Positions 26,150 to 38,941 of a DNA stretch of 64,000 bases are shown here, piece by piece. The stretch lies in the NCBI GenBank assembly GCA_038496445.1, contig JALMLS010000368.1, positions 1 to 64,000 on the forward strand. The letters run 5' to 3'. The translations under genes and the position numbers were made by a program. The notes under the pieces were generated by a model that made no database searches, had not been told where the DNA came from, and was given only the letters and a program-made list of their open reading frames with translations. This DNA comes from Trichosphaerium sp. ATCC 40318. Its lineage: Eukaryota; Protista; Tubulinea. Position 1 is the first letter of the stretch; every line of letters starts with the position of its first letter.

Positions 26150-28090
26150 ATGTGGAGGCTACCACTCTGCGTTTTATGCCTACATGTATGCTTGACGTAT
26201 TGTGGATCAAGTTATCACGGATATGAGGAACCTTTTGTTATAAATAGGTTCAATCTAGGCAGTGGTTCGTCTTATTCGCCGCGTTATGATGCTAGCAAGT
26301 ATTTACGGTACCCTCCGCCCCACACGTGTTCAGAAAAGCATATCTTTTACATGGGTCGTCACGGAAGCCGAGAAGGTACGGCGATCTCTTGAATACTATA
26401 AAGAGAGCTTATTGAGTATGGTTATAGGTGATAACGATGAGTGGCCGGAGCTCCGCGAGTTTTTAAACGAGCACTTGGACAAAATAAAGTTATCATTCGT
26501 ACGGCTTTTTTTCGAGGTTATCTTCACGAATACTCACGGGTTTCAGGTACGTAACTGGGTTCCCAGACCTGCTTCAGATGCCGGTGAATTGGTTGTGGAA
26601 GTTGCTTTGAAAGAGATGAGGCACCTCGCCCAAAGGTAACGAAACAACCACGAAACAAATCATAATTTAATTTTCTTTTTTTTTTTTAGCTTTAAGCGAA
26701 ACTTTAAGTCCCTCGACTACCCGTACGATACAGATAGGTATCGTATTCGCACTGGATCTAAAGATACGTAAGATTGCGCCAACTGCCTGTAAAATCGCGG
26801 CTTACGATGTTTAGAGGACGAACTGACTTAACAGCCTCAGCTTTTGCAATGAGTTGTTGGCCTGGACAGCCTTATCAAACAGGCTCGCCACATGAAACTG
26901 ATCCACTTCTGGAGGCTGATAATGCTTGTAAAGCATACGAAGGCACGTGATTAACGTTAATTTTGTTAAATATAATCACGTGATATCTGACAATTATTAG
27001 ACGTAACCGAAGAAGAAATAGAAGTAACACTTCAAAATGGCGATGTTGTAAATCTTGAAAGAAAAGATGTACGCGCAGCTGTGAGCTGGTTTAAGGTTTA
27101 AACAACTATTAGGTTGAAGCACACTTATGGCTTCATGAATTCGGTCACGACCTTATCCATAAAATCAACAACCAGATGGCGGTGGATCCGGAAAACGATC
27201 CTATTCCTATCACGCTTGATATGCTTCTTCTGATGTATGATGTTTGCAAAGTAGAGACAGTTGCTGAGTACGTACATATATCATAACTACGTCCTTAACT
27301 AATTCATTAATATTAGAGGATTCTCAAGATGGTGCTTGTTGTTTGACGAATACGATTGGGAGAGTACGAAATGCTAGAAAATGTTGATTTACAATACGAT
27401 TAGATTTATTGTACTTTGATGACTTGGGTGATTTTTATGGAGATGGTCCAGGCTTACCTGTTGTAAAACTTCAAGCTGTACCGCTACTAAAAACTGTTTT
27501 TAATACTATGGACAAAGTTATAGCTGGAGAAGAAGGATATGAAGAACAAAAAGCAGCGCTTGTTTTTGGATCAAAAGGAACATTTGCACCTTTAATGTCG
27601 GCTGTTCTTGGATTATTCCAAGATGACACTTTAGCTCATGATACCCCAAGATCTCAGTGGATGAACAGAAACTTTAGAGTCGGAAACTTTGCTCACTATG
27701 GGTCGCATGTACAACTTGGATTTTCACGAAGTCTAGTATTTCTCACATTTTTCGTAGGCTCTTTTTGTTTTGTATGCTTGTGGTTTGGACGATTATAGAG
27801 GTACACATAGCATGCTTATTCTCGTACTTACCATCTATTTAGTACTTCTTATGCACAATGAGGCTCAGCAACGTATACCTGGGTGTTCCAGCATGTATTG
27901 TCCATTGGAAGAGTTCAGAGAGCTATACAGAGACATTCTTGAGCTTAACTGGGTTGAAGTACGTTTGTTTTCTCATCATAGTTAGTTCGCTTTTCGCTAA
28001 TACCAGTATAGGAATGTGGAAACGACCCTCAGTTATGCTTTGACTGGATAGAAGATATATACCTTCAAGGAGAGACTTTCCCAAACAAAT
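26150..28090 (+). CDS. Secreted histidine acid phosphatase, MINPP/phytase-like (3' end approximate)
   Basis: Signal peptide, PPPHTC, RHGSRE motif, GEL, WCLLF, LGLFQD, NE...IPGC...CPLEEF; about 11 introns. Confidence 0.82.
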
Positions 28091-28192
28091 CATAGATGCA
28101 ACTTGCTTCACATAATAAATTGTAGTGAAAACGAAAACAAGTCTCAATCACTACCTTCTTCAAACACGTGTTTTAAAGAAAAGTAACCTTTT

Positions 28193-30611
28193 CTACTCTT
28201 CTTTATTTGGTGGCATCTCAATAGGTGGCATCTCAGCCGAAGCTACTTTTTTACCGCTTCTTCGTAGAGAATAAGGTACAGTAGAATGTCTGAGCTTAGG
28301 TATTGCAAACATAGCGATAACGACAATAACCAGCTACCAGTAACGTAAGTTATTATAAAGGATACATCAAAAGGTGTCACACTCTTACCAATGCGAGAAT
28401 GCCAAATGAGACACCTAATACCAAACCAACATTAAGTCCGCTCTCACTCTCACAACTTTCAGATCTCGAAGTGACAACAAATAGGCTATTGGTAGGATTA
28501 GTGACGTGATTCTTGTATACTTACAGAGTTCGTACGAAGAAAGAGTTCGTTCAATTCTTGCAACTATACATTGTGGAGAGACAAGTTCAAAAGTGCCGTT
28601 AATACAGTTGCTGTTACTTCTTATTAACTCTGTTCGCATTGCGCCAATATTTTCTGTTGTGTCATTGCCATGTGTTAGATCAATGATAAATGTTGTATTT
28701 TCTGGTATCACAATACATCCTACAACTCGTTTAAATACAATAGATTAACCACTGAATATGAGGGTGCCTTCAACTTCAAGAAAACCACCTGGAGCTAAGG
28801 TAGCTGTTTTTGTGTTGACAAAGTCTCCATTTATCTTTATGGGAAAAGACAAGATAGCACCTTCTGGCAGACTCGCCGTAGTAGGTATGGCAATAGGTGA
28901 AAATGTAGGAGTAGAAGTAGGTGAAAGGGTAGGTGGAGATGTTGGTACAAAAAATAAGTTCTGACAATACACTAAAACAAGAAAAGTTAGTTGTTGCTTT
29001 ATAGTAACAATACAAACTTACCCTCAGTCTGACAACTTGGAAATGCTTTACTAGCTGTTTCTTCACACAAAAAATCTGTTGACTGAGTTCCTGGGCATTT
29101 TATAACGTTTGTAACACGCGCTATTTTTAGAACAATCCGTTAAGAATAGATGTTGTGGCACACTTACGAGGAGTAGTTTCATATTTTGTATACCTTGTAT
29201 TCCTAAACCGGTACTTACTATCCATGCAATAAAAACCCTTTCTGTTACCTTATTGTAATATTACTCTGTATACCAATCATACCTGGAGCACCCAGAAGAG
29301 TAGCCGACCCTTTTTTTCTGAAAAAAAAAATAAAGGTTATGTCATACGTGCTGTTTGTTTTGTACATGCACGTGTTATTCTCGAACACACAAGAATCAAT
29401 GAGTACTTGCCCTGTTGATCTTAAGCCAGAAAATAAAAATGTTCCGACTATAGTAATACTAAGCAAGTGGGAGTAGGTTGGTGATTTTGTACCGGCACAT
29501 TCGTCCTCAAAATTGTCAAAACTCACTCCGTTATTAATAAATTGCGAGTTTACTACTTGTGCTTCTTTCGAAAACGCGTATATAATATATGTATCTCCTT
29601 TTGTTCAAAATTACACTCTACAGTATTGTGATTAGTTACACGTGCCTGTATCGCTTAAAGAACGGTTGTCCTCAAACAAACATGAATACATAAATACCTA
29701 AAAATAGAAATCAGATTTTAATGTTAAGAACACGTGACATACTCTATCAACGCTTAAGAAATTGGCTATTATACCTAAAACACTTAAACATTAATTCTCA
29801 GTGTGGGAAGTCACTTGTAAAGTGGACCGTACCTCGAAAACTAAAGTTCTCGATAGTTCTTGCATTATTTATGAAACTACAAGTTTCCAAACGTGCACTT
29901 TCAGCTGTTTCAATAGATAATCCAGTTGGAAAGAGTCCAGCACCAAGATGGTCCACTATATCTCGGAATGTACAATGTTCTACAACGACGTTCTCACTTT
30001 TAAGAACTTCAGCATAGGCTTGTTAACAAAATCAAACAACCACCTACCTGTCAATAATTTGAACAAATAAATCAGTTCCCTTGACAGTCACATTCCTAAA
30101 CAACGCTATGAAGATCAATTTAACACTTGATAAAAGTACCTAAGCGTTACGTTTGTAAATTCAGTCAATCTTAGACCACAAAGAAGTGTAAATCCTGAAA
30201 GGGAGATGCTGACGTTTTGCACAGTGGTCAAACCAGCAAATGTGTTCGCACATGACACTGATACGTTGTACAGGCCTGCTATAAAAAGATTCTTGAATGA
30301 AAACTTCCATAAAATTTCATGTCAGCGTACCATAAATGTCAACACTTTGGTTGAGTACATGCGAAGAACTATTAAAACTCAATTCCGTTGAATTGAGAAT
30401 AAGTGTCGTTGGTTCTTCGCCCAAATAGCACGATAAATCGTTACCACACACATGATCTTCTGATGTTGTTATAACTACAATAAAATCAGCAATTGTAGTG
30501 CTTGTGTCTCCGAATAAAATTTAAAAAACTCGAGCATGTGATACCGCTAGCTGTAGCTACCAATGTGAGCGTAATGACTAGCAATACCATGTGGCAAAAC
30601 CCCAAATTCAT
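28193..30611 (-). CDS. Receptor-like type I membrane protein, paralog R5
   Basis: HVCG..CYL..PTTLILNST, DSCVFENNTC, Pro/Thr stalk, RSNSNCINGTF, NVGLVLGVSFG, IPKLRHSTVPYSLRR. Confidence 0.8.
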
Positions 30612-33600
30612 TCTCTCTTTCTAAACACACTAGCGAATGACAGTGAGCGTTAAACAAGATATATTACTTCGTGACAAGAAAATCTTATACGGAACGCACG
30701 TGATTGCTTTTCTGGCTTTGATTATGTCGATGTTAAGTTAAACCTTTCCGCCTCTGTATGCGTTTTTTATGCGTAGTCTAACTGTTTAGACATTAGTAGC
30801 GGTTGTGTTTTTTTAAGGCAGAGGAGTGGGTTACGAAAAAGAACCACACTGTGCGCAAAAAGTCGAAAAAATGCCAATGTACCATCCACTATGCCTAGTG
30901 ATGCCAAACGTTTTTTAGTGAACCTTCTTTGGATTTATCACGTCTTTCGCCCCAAAAAGAAATGTGTGAGTTTCCTTGCCTACGCACGGACATACTAAAA
31001 CTAAAACCGAACACTTTTGTATCGACTTCCTTTAAATCTTACGGAACTTCCAGATTTTACCTTTTTTTTTTATTTGAAGAAATTATATCGCTTCAAAGCC
31101 CTAAAAGCAAGGATTTGGACCTATGAATCGATATAAAATCGTATTTTCAACAGGTTGGAAGTATTTAAAACATGACAAAAGAACTTGGTGGTACGCAAAG
31201 ATATCAAACAGAAATTTCAAAATTTTTGATACCAACTTTGATTATCACCACGTGGTGAGCAATTCACTTTTGTGCTGAAAAAAAGTTGTTTGGTTGTCAT
31301 CAACAACGATAAATAAATTGGTTTTCAGTCTGCTACAGCGTTAAAACACTCATGTAGGTACTGGTCAAGATCTACAGAGTGGTAAATGGTAAAGCCGTTC
31401 GCTGGTATAACGAATTCGAAAAGTTGAGTATTGATGTACGATTTTAATGAAACATTTATTTGAGAACACTGTCTTTCCATGGTGGTCCATTCTCCAATAA
31501 TTGTAGCATTGTGCATTTAGTTCTTTGTCCTCCTTGTGCTGATGACATTACTTCCAAACGCATTTTCTCTCTTGTACCTCTCTTAAGAAAAAAAGAAGAA
31601 GGTCCAACAAAACTCTTCTAATAAAAAAAGTCACGTGTTTGAAAATGTTAGATGATAGAATTTCATGTAATTTACCTCTTCAGGGTCTATGGCTATAGCT
31701 GAATATAGTGGCGATGAAGTATTCGCGTCTGTGTAGAATTGGAGCGCATTTATCACTTTTGGCTTTTTGTTTTCGAAGCAATTATAGATCCACACGTATC
31801 TTAAGTTTATCATTATCTTTTTTGGTATATACTGTACATCTGTTATCATCACATCTAGTATAATAACAGACGGCATCTCCTCATAAATCTGAAAAAACAA
31901 TCAGCGAAATTAATAGGTAATTCTGGAAAAAAAAAGAATTCAACGCTTATTTTAGGAAAAGTCTATAGCTAAATTTACTGAAGAACAAATGGATTTATGT
32001 TGTCTTTCATTTTATATTTGAACATTAGAAAGACATTTTAAAATGACTAGGAGTTTTTACCGGCAAAAGTCAGTGGAAAATATCCATGACAATTTTTTGC
32101 CTTTTTTTTGTTTTTAATACCTCAAGTTGTAGAAGTCTACTTATCTCCTCGCGTCCTTCTTCGGGCTTTACAATAATTTAACACAAACGAGATATATTAT
32201 GCATACCAGACTTGATATTTCTTGTATGTGATCATGTGTATAGCGCTGATTTTGTAATATTTTTGCAAATTTCTTTTGCAGCCTTTTTGCTATTTTTTTT
32301 TCTGCCTTTGTTACTCTATCGACCAAAAGACGTGTTGTTAGCTCTAACTAAAGTTGACGCAATAAAATATTCACTTACTCTTCTACATCTGTTATCTTGT
32401 ATACAATATGATACCACACGTGTGAGTAACCTATTTTATGACAAATGAGTTTCCTTGTCAATAAAAAAATCCATCACGTGTTCAAAACTAACAAATGAAG
32501 TACCAGTGAAGAGTTTCACTGTCATTTGGTCGTTGACAGTTCTTCTTTGCGTTGATATCTTATTACGTCTATAAAACATTGGATTGACAATATAATATCC
32601 CTTTTGGTTAATAATCTAGGCGTAGACGTCAACATCGACTTTTTGGCTTTTCAAAAAAAAAAACTAGAAAATACCAAAAGAAGGCAACTTGCCACGTTTT
32701 TTAGCGTACCTCTATAATCTCATTACCGCTCGCTTTGCCAAAGCACGTGTTAGGCTTTTTTACGACAATTGCTTCATCTTCAGCCACGTGCTGTACGCTA
32801 ATAGGCCATACACATGGTACTAGACAACACAGATAGTTTTTCCAGGCTGTTCTTCCTCCCTAATCATATTGTAAGTTTTTAATGCGTTAAATTGGAAAAG
32901 ATGTATGGTGACGCAGTAGAATGAATGGTATTTATCACAGGGTTTAGTGGGTTCCTATTTCAAAAATTTGTACCGGTTTGTGGTGGCTGTCTCTATTGGA
33001 TAACAGAGATACACTTTCTCTCTTACCTTGCGATGAGTAAATCGCAGACATTGGTTTATTTGTAGTTGGGTTGGGTTCACTAAATACAAAAACTGTGTAG
33101 CACAACCAATCACACTTTGTAAAAGAAAATGGCCTTAACCGAATTTCAGTGAGCCTTCAAGTAACAGGAATAATTTATGACGAGAAGAAAACTTGTCACT
33201 TTGACCTAACTCCAATGATAACACCTCTTTGACAACGGTTCTCTTAAGTTACCTTAGAGCACCTGTAGACTGTCCTGAATCATAGCGGAATTCCTCATCC
33301 GCGCTATAGGACGTAACAAATACCTCTTGTTGCAAACAAAATCATACACGTGTATTTTAATTTGGTGTTACACAAGCACGTGATTTTTTTATTTTTTTTG
33401 ATTTATACAAGTGTATGTCTTACACCAAGAATTCATTTACAAACGCATCTGCTCTATCAGTGCTATCAATCAATATGGCGGTTTGTTGCTGTGCATTGTT
33501 CTTTGCGGCTTCTGCTGCCTTTTCTCTTTTTCCTTGCATGTACAGTTGCTTGCTGTAGTTCTAATAAAAAGTCGATCAAAACAAGGTTCATACGTTGGGA

Positions 33601-34314
33601 TATGACGTTTGTGGCGGTTTTTTTTTGAAAACGTTGAACGTACTATGTGTGCGTATAATTCGTCGCACGAATGCTCTAATCTACGAAGAAATGACATTAT
33701 CTCATCTGCAGTAGTAGTCATGAGCGCTTCTAAACGATTTGTTAGTAGAAAATATTTAAAACGCGTATTTACAACCTACAGTCTCGTGTTTACGACCATT
33801 ACTACTCAATACTTGCTGTAGGCGGTTGTATTTATCCTTTTGTTTAATATCAACTCGTGCCAGGTCAATAAACTGAAATAAGCGCCCGTGAAGCAACTAG
33901 GCGGAGTAATTAGCCGTAAACTGGCGTATAAAAAGATACCAGATGTAAATGTGCAATACGACGCGTATAATCGTCTAACACATGTGGTACGGCTATTTTA
34001 GTAACGGCATGTTGTTTTGAAGTAACACTGGCTCCATTACTCATCCCTAACCGACTAACAAAAAAAATGAGTTTTAAAAAAACAGACACTTAACAGGCGC
34101 TAACTTAATTGAGTGCGACTTCTGAATCAGATTTCATATCCGCCACAGAGAACATTTCAAGGCCATATGGTTGCGTTGATTTTCATACAGGATCACGTTG
34201 ACTTTGGTCTGTAATAAAAGATAGAAAAAGAATGATGATTGTTCCTTAGACAGCGTGACTCTAGATGTTCAAGAGAACTATGTAAAGACAGAATGCTTTA
34301 TTTTTTTATCTACA

Positions 34315-35493
34315 TTAGCCATACCCCGTCAATTCCGGATTTAACACCTTGAAGAATATGGGTATTTGTTCTTCCACCCTTCACATCAATTTCGTAAACT
34401 GTTGAATTTCTTTTGATATCACCTGTATATAAAGTAGCAGAATACTCATCATAAGCGTAGTATGCAGCAGTACCGACAGACACTGGCAATCCTGTGACTT
34501 GACATTCTCTCTGGTTGACTTCAATTCTAGCTATACCAGTAGTATGTTGTCGTGGGGCATTAGGATCAAGTAATGTGAGAACGACAAATAAAGTGTCTCT
34601 GCTTTCATCATAGACAACAGAGCGAGGATTGGCAACTGTGAGGTTTACATTTCTCTCACAACTCTATTAGCTCAGTTAAAAAAAGAAGCACTGTATTAGA
34701 TACTAAATAACGTACCGAGATTGTCTCCAAAGACCATTTTATTGAAGGCGCTTGTGGGTCGCTTATATCAAGAGCTCTCAAGGTTTTACTTGTGAGCATG
34801 TATACCAGGTTTCTTTTTGAATCAGTAGCAATTGAATCGATACTTTCACTCTTATCCACGAGATGGTTTGTGGCAACTATTGTGAACGTTAACAAAAAAA
34901 ATAGTCAAAAAAAAAAGAAAGAAAAATTACGTACTTTGAATGTCCTCATGAGTGCCATCTATAGACATAGCGAAAATCGAATGAGTAAAGTTCTCTGTAT
35001 TATATCCCAAAATAACAAGGTAATCGTTAAGCATTGAAGTGTCAACATGAGCGAGACTGCAAAAAGTTAATCAACAAATACTTTGTGTTGAATGTGCTTA
35101 CCTCGAAATAACTTGGTCTCCAGTGTAAATAATAGATTCTGTATTGCCAGTTTTGACATCAGTTTTCATGATCTGTCCTCTAGTACTTGCATGAAAGACG
35201 TATTTCGAAGTCTTTGCGTTTGAAGCGACTGGGCAATCAGTACCGCTGATGTAGCAATCTGTACTGTACTTGCTAGTAAACCTGTTTGCAGTTGCTACAG
35301 GCGTAACGGTATCTAAAAAAGGGAAAATGAGTAAAAGTACACAAACAACTCGCAACGTACTTAAACTGAAATCTACAGCGCCTATTGTTTCAAGGAGATC
35401 ACCGTTTGGCAATGGTGCTCGATATTTAACAAGAATAGCTGCAAATGAGCTTGAAAGTAGTAGAAACAACGCAACAATACGGAGATGATGCAT
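34315..35493 (-). CDS. Secreted hypothetical protein, beta-rich (propeller-like)
   Basis: Signal peptide MHHLRIVALFLLLSSSFA; multi-exon; repeated DxxxxxxY/F patterns. Confidence 0.55.
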
Positions 35494-35799
35494 ATGTGAT
35501 ATAGTTTGTTGTACAAATGCAGTTGGACAATTTAAGATGGAGTTCCTCCGAATTTGGGATTTGGTGGGTAAAGTCTACTCGGGAATTTCTGAACTACCAA
35601 CGTATAATGTGTCACCAAGCGTAAGCTCTTTTCATACAATTCTGGTAACGCCTGCTTGAACGTCAATTAATACGGTATAAACCGGGATTGTTCGCAATTT
35701 GTTTTTCTCTACTTGTTCAGTTGATACTCCTTCAACACCTTAATTACAACCTGGAGAAGCGTTTTGGTCCATGCGTAAATGTCGCCATTTGCACAGAAT

Positions 35800-36130
35800 T
35801 GACTTTGATGTTTTGCTATCAAATAACTTGTATATTGATGGTACGACAGCAGTACAAAGTATCTTGAGTTTAACTTGTACATATTAGGAGATCTTGAACT
35901 ACCTCAAGGATCAGTAATTGTATTTGGTGAAGGCTATACAACGATTAAAGTTGATGATTGTGTTGAAGCAAAAGATCTTACATTGGAAGCTTCAACAAAT
36001 GTACGATTGGTAATGTTATGTGCATTGGTCGCTGACTCTTTGTCTTTCTTCCCTGTAGACAACAGAAGTTACACTATCTTTTAGCGATACGTGTGAGAAC
36101 ATAGACCCTGCTATAGCAGCACCGCCATGA
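35800..36130 (+). pseudogene. Fragment resembling the receptor juxtamembrane domain
   Basis: LYIDG/DLELPQGSVIVF...IKVDDCV parallels the GD/GNL...VEGC/ITGCV segment of the receptor family; no start or TM found. Confidence 0.35.
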
Positions 36131-36599
36131 AGCTGAATGGTTGGCAACACTTGAGTTCACAATACTTGCCTTTGGTGTATATCGCACTAGCATGACCTAC
36201 TGTAATATCATTGGACGAACCTTTTCTATGCAGGTGGTTTCACTACAAAAGTACAAGAGGTGCTCTTCAAATAAAGTTGTAACATGCTTTATTTAACCCT
36301 TTGGTGAATGGTCATGTTAACTTCCTTTTTTTGTTCCAACCTTGGCACACTCATGTGTATGTGTGTTAGTTTCTGTCGATTAACAAAATAGAGACTTTTA
36401 CAAAGAGTGCACTGGAAATGCCCATAAAGGCTGTCTAAGCGGAATATACTTGAGTGCAAATGCAGTTTTCTTACTGATTAATAGAACTTTACTAGAGCAA
36501 CAACTGCTTACATAGATTAGACATATTGCACATGACATGAAATAATTTTGCTGAATATTTCCAAGCTAATTAATTTTGCACCTACCAGTGCGCTTATTC

Positions 36600-37510
36600 T
36601 TATAGCCGTTAATGATAGATAGCGTGTACACCTGCCAATGCCGCAATGCCATTGTCTGTTATTGACTCACAACCATACACGGAGATAGTGTGTGCACCTG
36701 CCAATGCCGCAATGCCATTGTCTGTTATTGACTTAGAACCAACAATCTGATAGAGTGCACACCTGCCAATACCTTCAAACCTTCATCTGTTACATTTGTA
36801 TCTGATAAATTAATATCATGTGCCTGTTAAATTAATCATATGTACACCTGCCAATGCCGCAATGCCATTGTCTGTTATTGATCTACACGCAAACAAGTTG
36901 ATAGTGTGCGCACCTGCCAATGCCACAATGCCATTGTCTGTTATTGATTTACAAGCATACAAGGTGATAGTGTGTACACCTGCCAATACCTTCAAACCTT
37001 CATCTGTTACATTTGTAAATGATAAATTAATATCATGTACACCTGCCAATGCCACAATGCCATTGTCTGTTATTGATTTACAACCATACAAGTTGATAGA
37101 GTGTACACCTGCCAATGCCGCAACGCCATTGTCTGTTATTGACTCACAACCATACAAGGAGATTGTGTGTACACCTGCCAATACCTTCAAACCTTCATCT
37201 GTTACATTTGTATCTGATAAATTAATATCATGTACACCTGCCAATGCCACAATGCCACTGTCTGTTATTGACTTACAATAACATAAGTTGATAGTGTGTA
37301 CACCTGCCAATGCCTTCAAACCTTCATCTGTTACATTTGTACTTGTTAAATTAATATCATGTACACCTGCCAATGCCACAATGCCATTGTCGGTTATTGA
37401 TCTACACGCAAACAAGTTGATAGTGTGCACACCTGCCAATGCCGCAATGCCGTTGTCTGTTATTGACTCACAATAATACAAGGAGATTGTGTGTACACCT
37501 GCCAATGCTG
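36600..37510. repeat. Coding tandem array of 63/66-bp LRR cassettes
   Basis: About 14 near-identical units (acacctgccaatgcc.caatgccattgtctgttattga...), extending past the stop codon at 36816. Confidence 0.95.
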
Positions 37511-37784
37511 CAATAATGTCGTTTGTTGGCGTATATTGAACAAAATCAATATTCGTATTGTGGAGTAATGGACTACCAGAAAGCATCTGAACTTCATTTG
37601 TGTTTTTAATACGGATACGACCATACCCAACATGGTTGTGAACAATATCTCGTAAAAGATGGCACGTTTGGGCTGTACGAAGTGTATACGTCCCTTGTTT
37701 GAGAATACGGACTATTAACTCAATTGGTAGCGCAACAAGGTCGAATACTTGGTTGAACTGTGTTTGTTGTTTCTCCTTTTCCAT
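36816..37784 (-). CDS. F-box/LRR protein F2 with cassette-built LRR array
   Basis: F-box LPIELIVRIL, GSPLLHNT, eleven LAGVHxIxLxx(C/T) repeats. Confidence 0.88.
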   Translation of the reverse strand: MEKEKQQTQFNQVFDLVALPIELIVRILKQGTYTLRTAQTCHLLRDIVHNHVGYGRIRIKNTNEVQMLSGSPLLHNTNIDFVQYTPTNDIIAALAGVHTISLYYCESITDNGIAALAGVHTINLFACRSITDNGIVALAGVHDINLTSTNVTDEGLKALAGVHTINLCYCKSITDSGIVALAGVHDINLSDTNVTDEGLKVLAGVHTISLYGCESITDNGVAALAGVHSINLYGCKSITDNGIVALAGVHDINLSFTNVTDEGLKVLAGVHTITLYACKSITDNGIVALAGAHTINLFACRSITDNGIAALAGVHMINLTGT

Positions 37785-38439
37785 TGTATGATCACCGTTA
37801 CTTTTTGTTAAATAATCGTACTAATAGTGTACAAGTGTTGCGAGCACAAGTATACTGCGAGAAGTTAGTTTATTTTCTAAAAACGGTGGCTTAATGCATA
37901 GTCTGCCTTAGTTCCTTACAAAGTTGTTTTTGCCAGGTTTCCTTATTTCTTTTCTGTGACTCCACTTTGGTATCAATTAAACGTTGAAGGGCAACAAAAG
38001 ATGAGAATATGTGTAAGAGAGACGTGGCCTTAGTTGTAGGATAATAGCGTATTTATTAATAGGTCATTACATAATTCAGAGAATACAATTTAATGTTCAT
38101 TATTAATCTCATGATTAAATGTAATCAGAGAATAGTAACGTATGCTGTTGCACGTTACAATCAAGTTCATTGGAGTTATTAAACCATCCAAAAAAAAGTT
38201 ATTTTCCGAAACCCCGAATGATTCCTCATGGGCGAAATACCTTTCCGTGACACGTTTTTGCTTTATTATTCCTAATTTTAATCACCAAACTCGTGTACAC
38301 TTTCATATAACTGATATTTTTATTCCATTTTTTCAAAGTTGACAGAATTGTTTACAGGTTTTGTAGTCTTACTCTTATGGCTGAAACAGTAACACCGTTC
38401 CATTTAGGCGAGAATAATGTACACTCTATTGCGTTGTAT

Positions 38440-38665
38440 CAAATAATCAATGAATAGTCTCCAAGTTGTATAATAGCTACTTCAAACCTTCATTACACTG
38501 ACCATCAAAATAGACTATTCTATTTTTATCACTTGCCTCAAAACATAATAGTCGCCTCCTTTTACTGACTGCTACCTCTCTTTGGTGCCACTCGCCAATC
38601 GCTTCAAACTCTATTTGTACTGACGTCATATAGTCTTTTAAAGTGTGCTTTGGGTAATCCTTCCT
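38440..38665 (-). pseudogene. Inverted partial copy of the 42.5-43.2 kb gene
   Basis: Reverse complement of about 42923-43140 with single-base indels. Confidence 0.85.
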
Positions 38666-38941
38666 ACGCAGTTGTCAAGTTTGCGTGATTGCAAAGTTTT
38701 TAATGTGACATGTATTAAACAAACCACGTGATTAATATGCGTCGAAAATCACAGTAAATTCTTACAAATGAGTGAAAGCATGTCCAACTCCAAATTGAGA
38801 ACACTCAAGCTGTGCACGTGTGTTTACAACTGGTAATGTAGATATACAACAGTGCACTTGGGGTTAATTTAAGGCTCAGCAGTATCTGCTAAGGCATGGT
38901 TCGTTAAACAACCCCAGCACCAAAATTCCTACGTAAAAAGA

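Noticed and set aside
31325-33821. Short ORF fragments, including an in-frame TAA near 31517 (alternative genetic code?)
   Set aside because: No recognisable homology; TAA, TAG and TGA all serve as normal stops in well-supported genes.
36820-37476. Plus-strand repetitive ORFs (CTPANA...)
   Set aside because: Antisense shadow of the F2 LRR array.
36600-37510. Repeat/variable-spacer pattern resembling a CRISPR array
   Set aside because: Units are in-frame LRR codons in a eukaryotic gene; the variable parts are homologous to each other; no cas genes.
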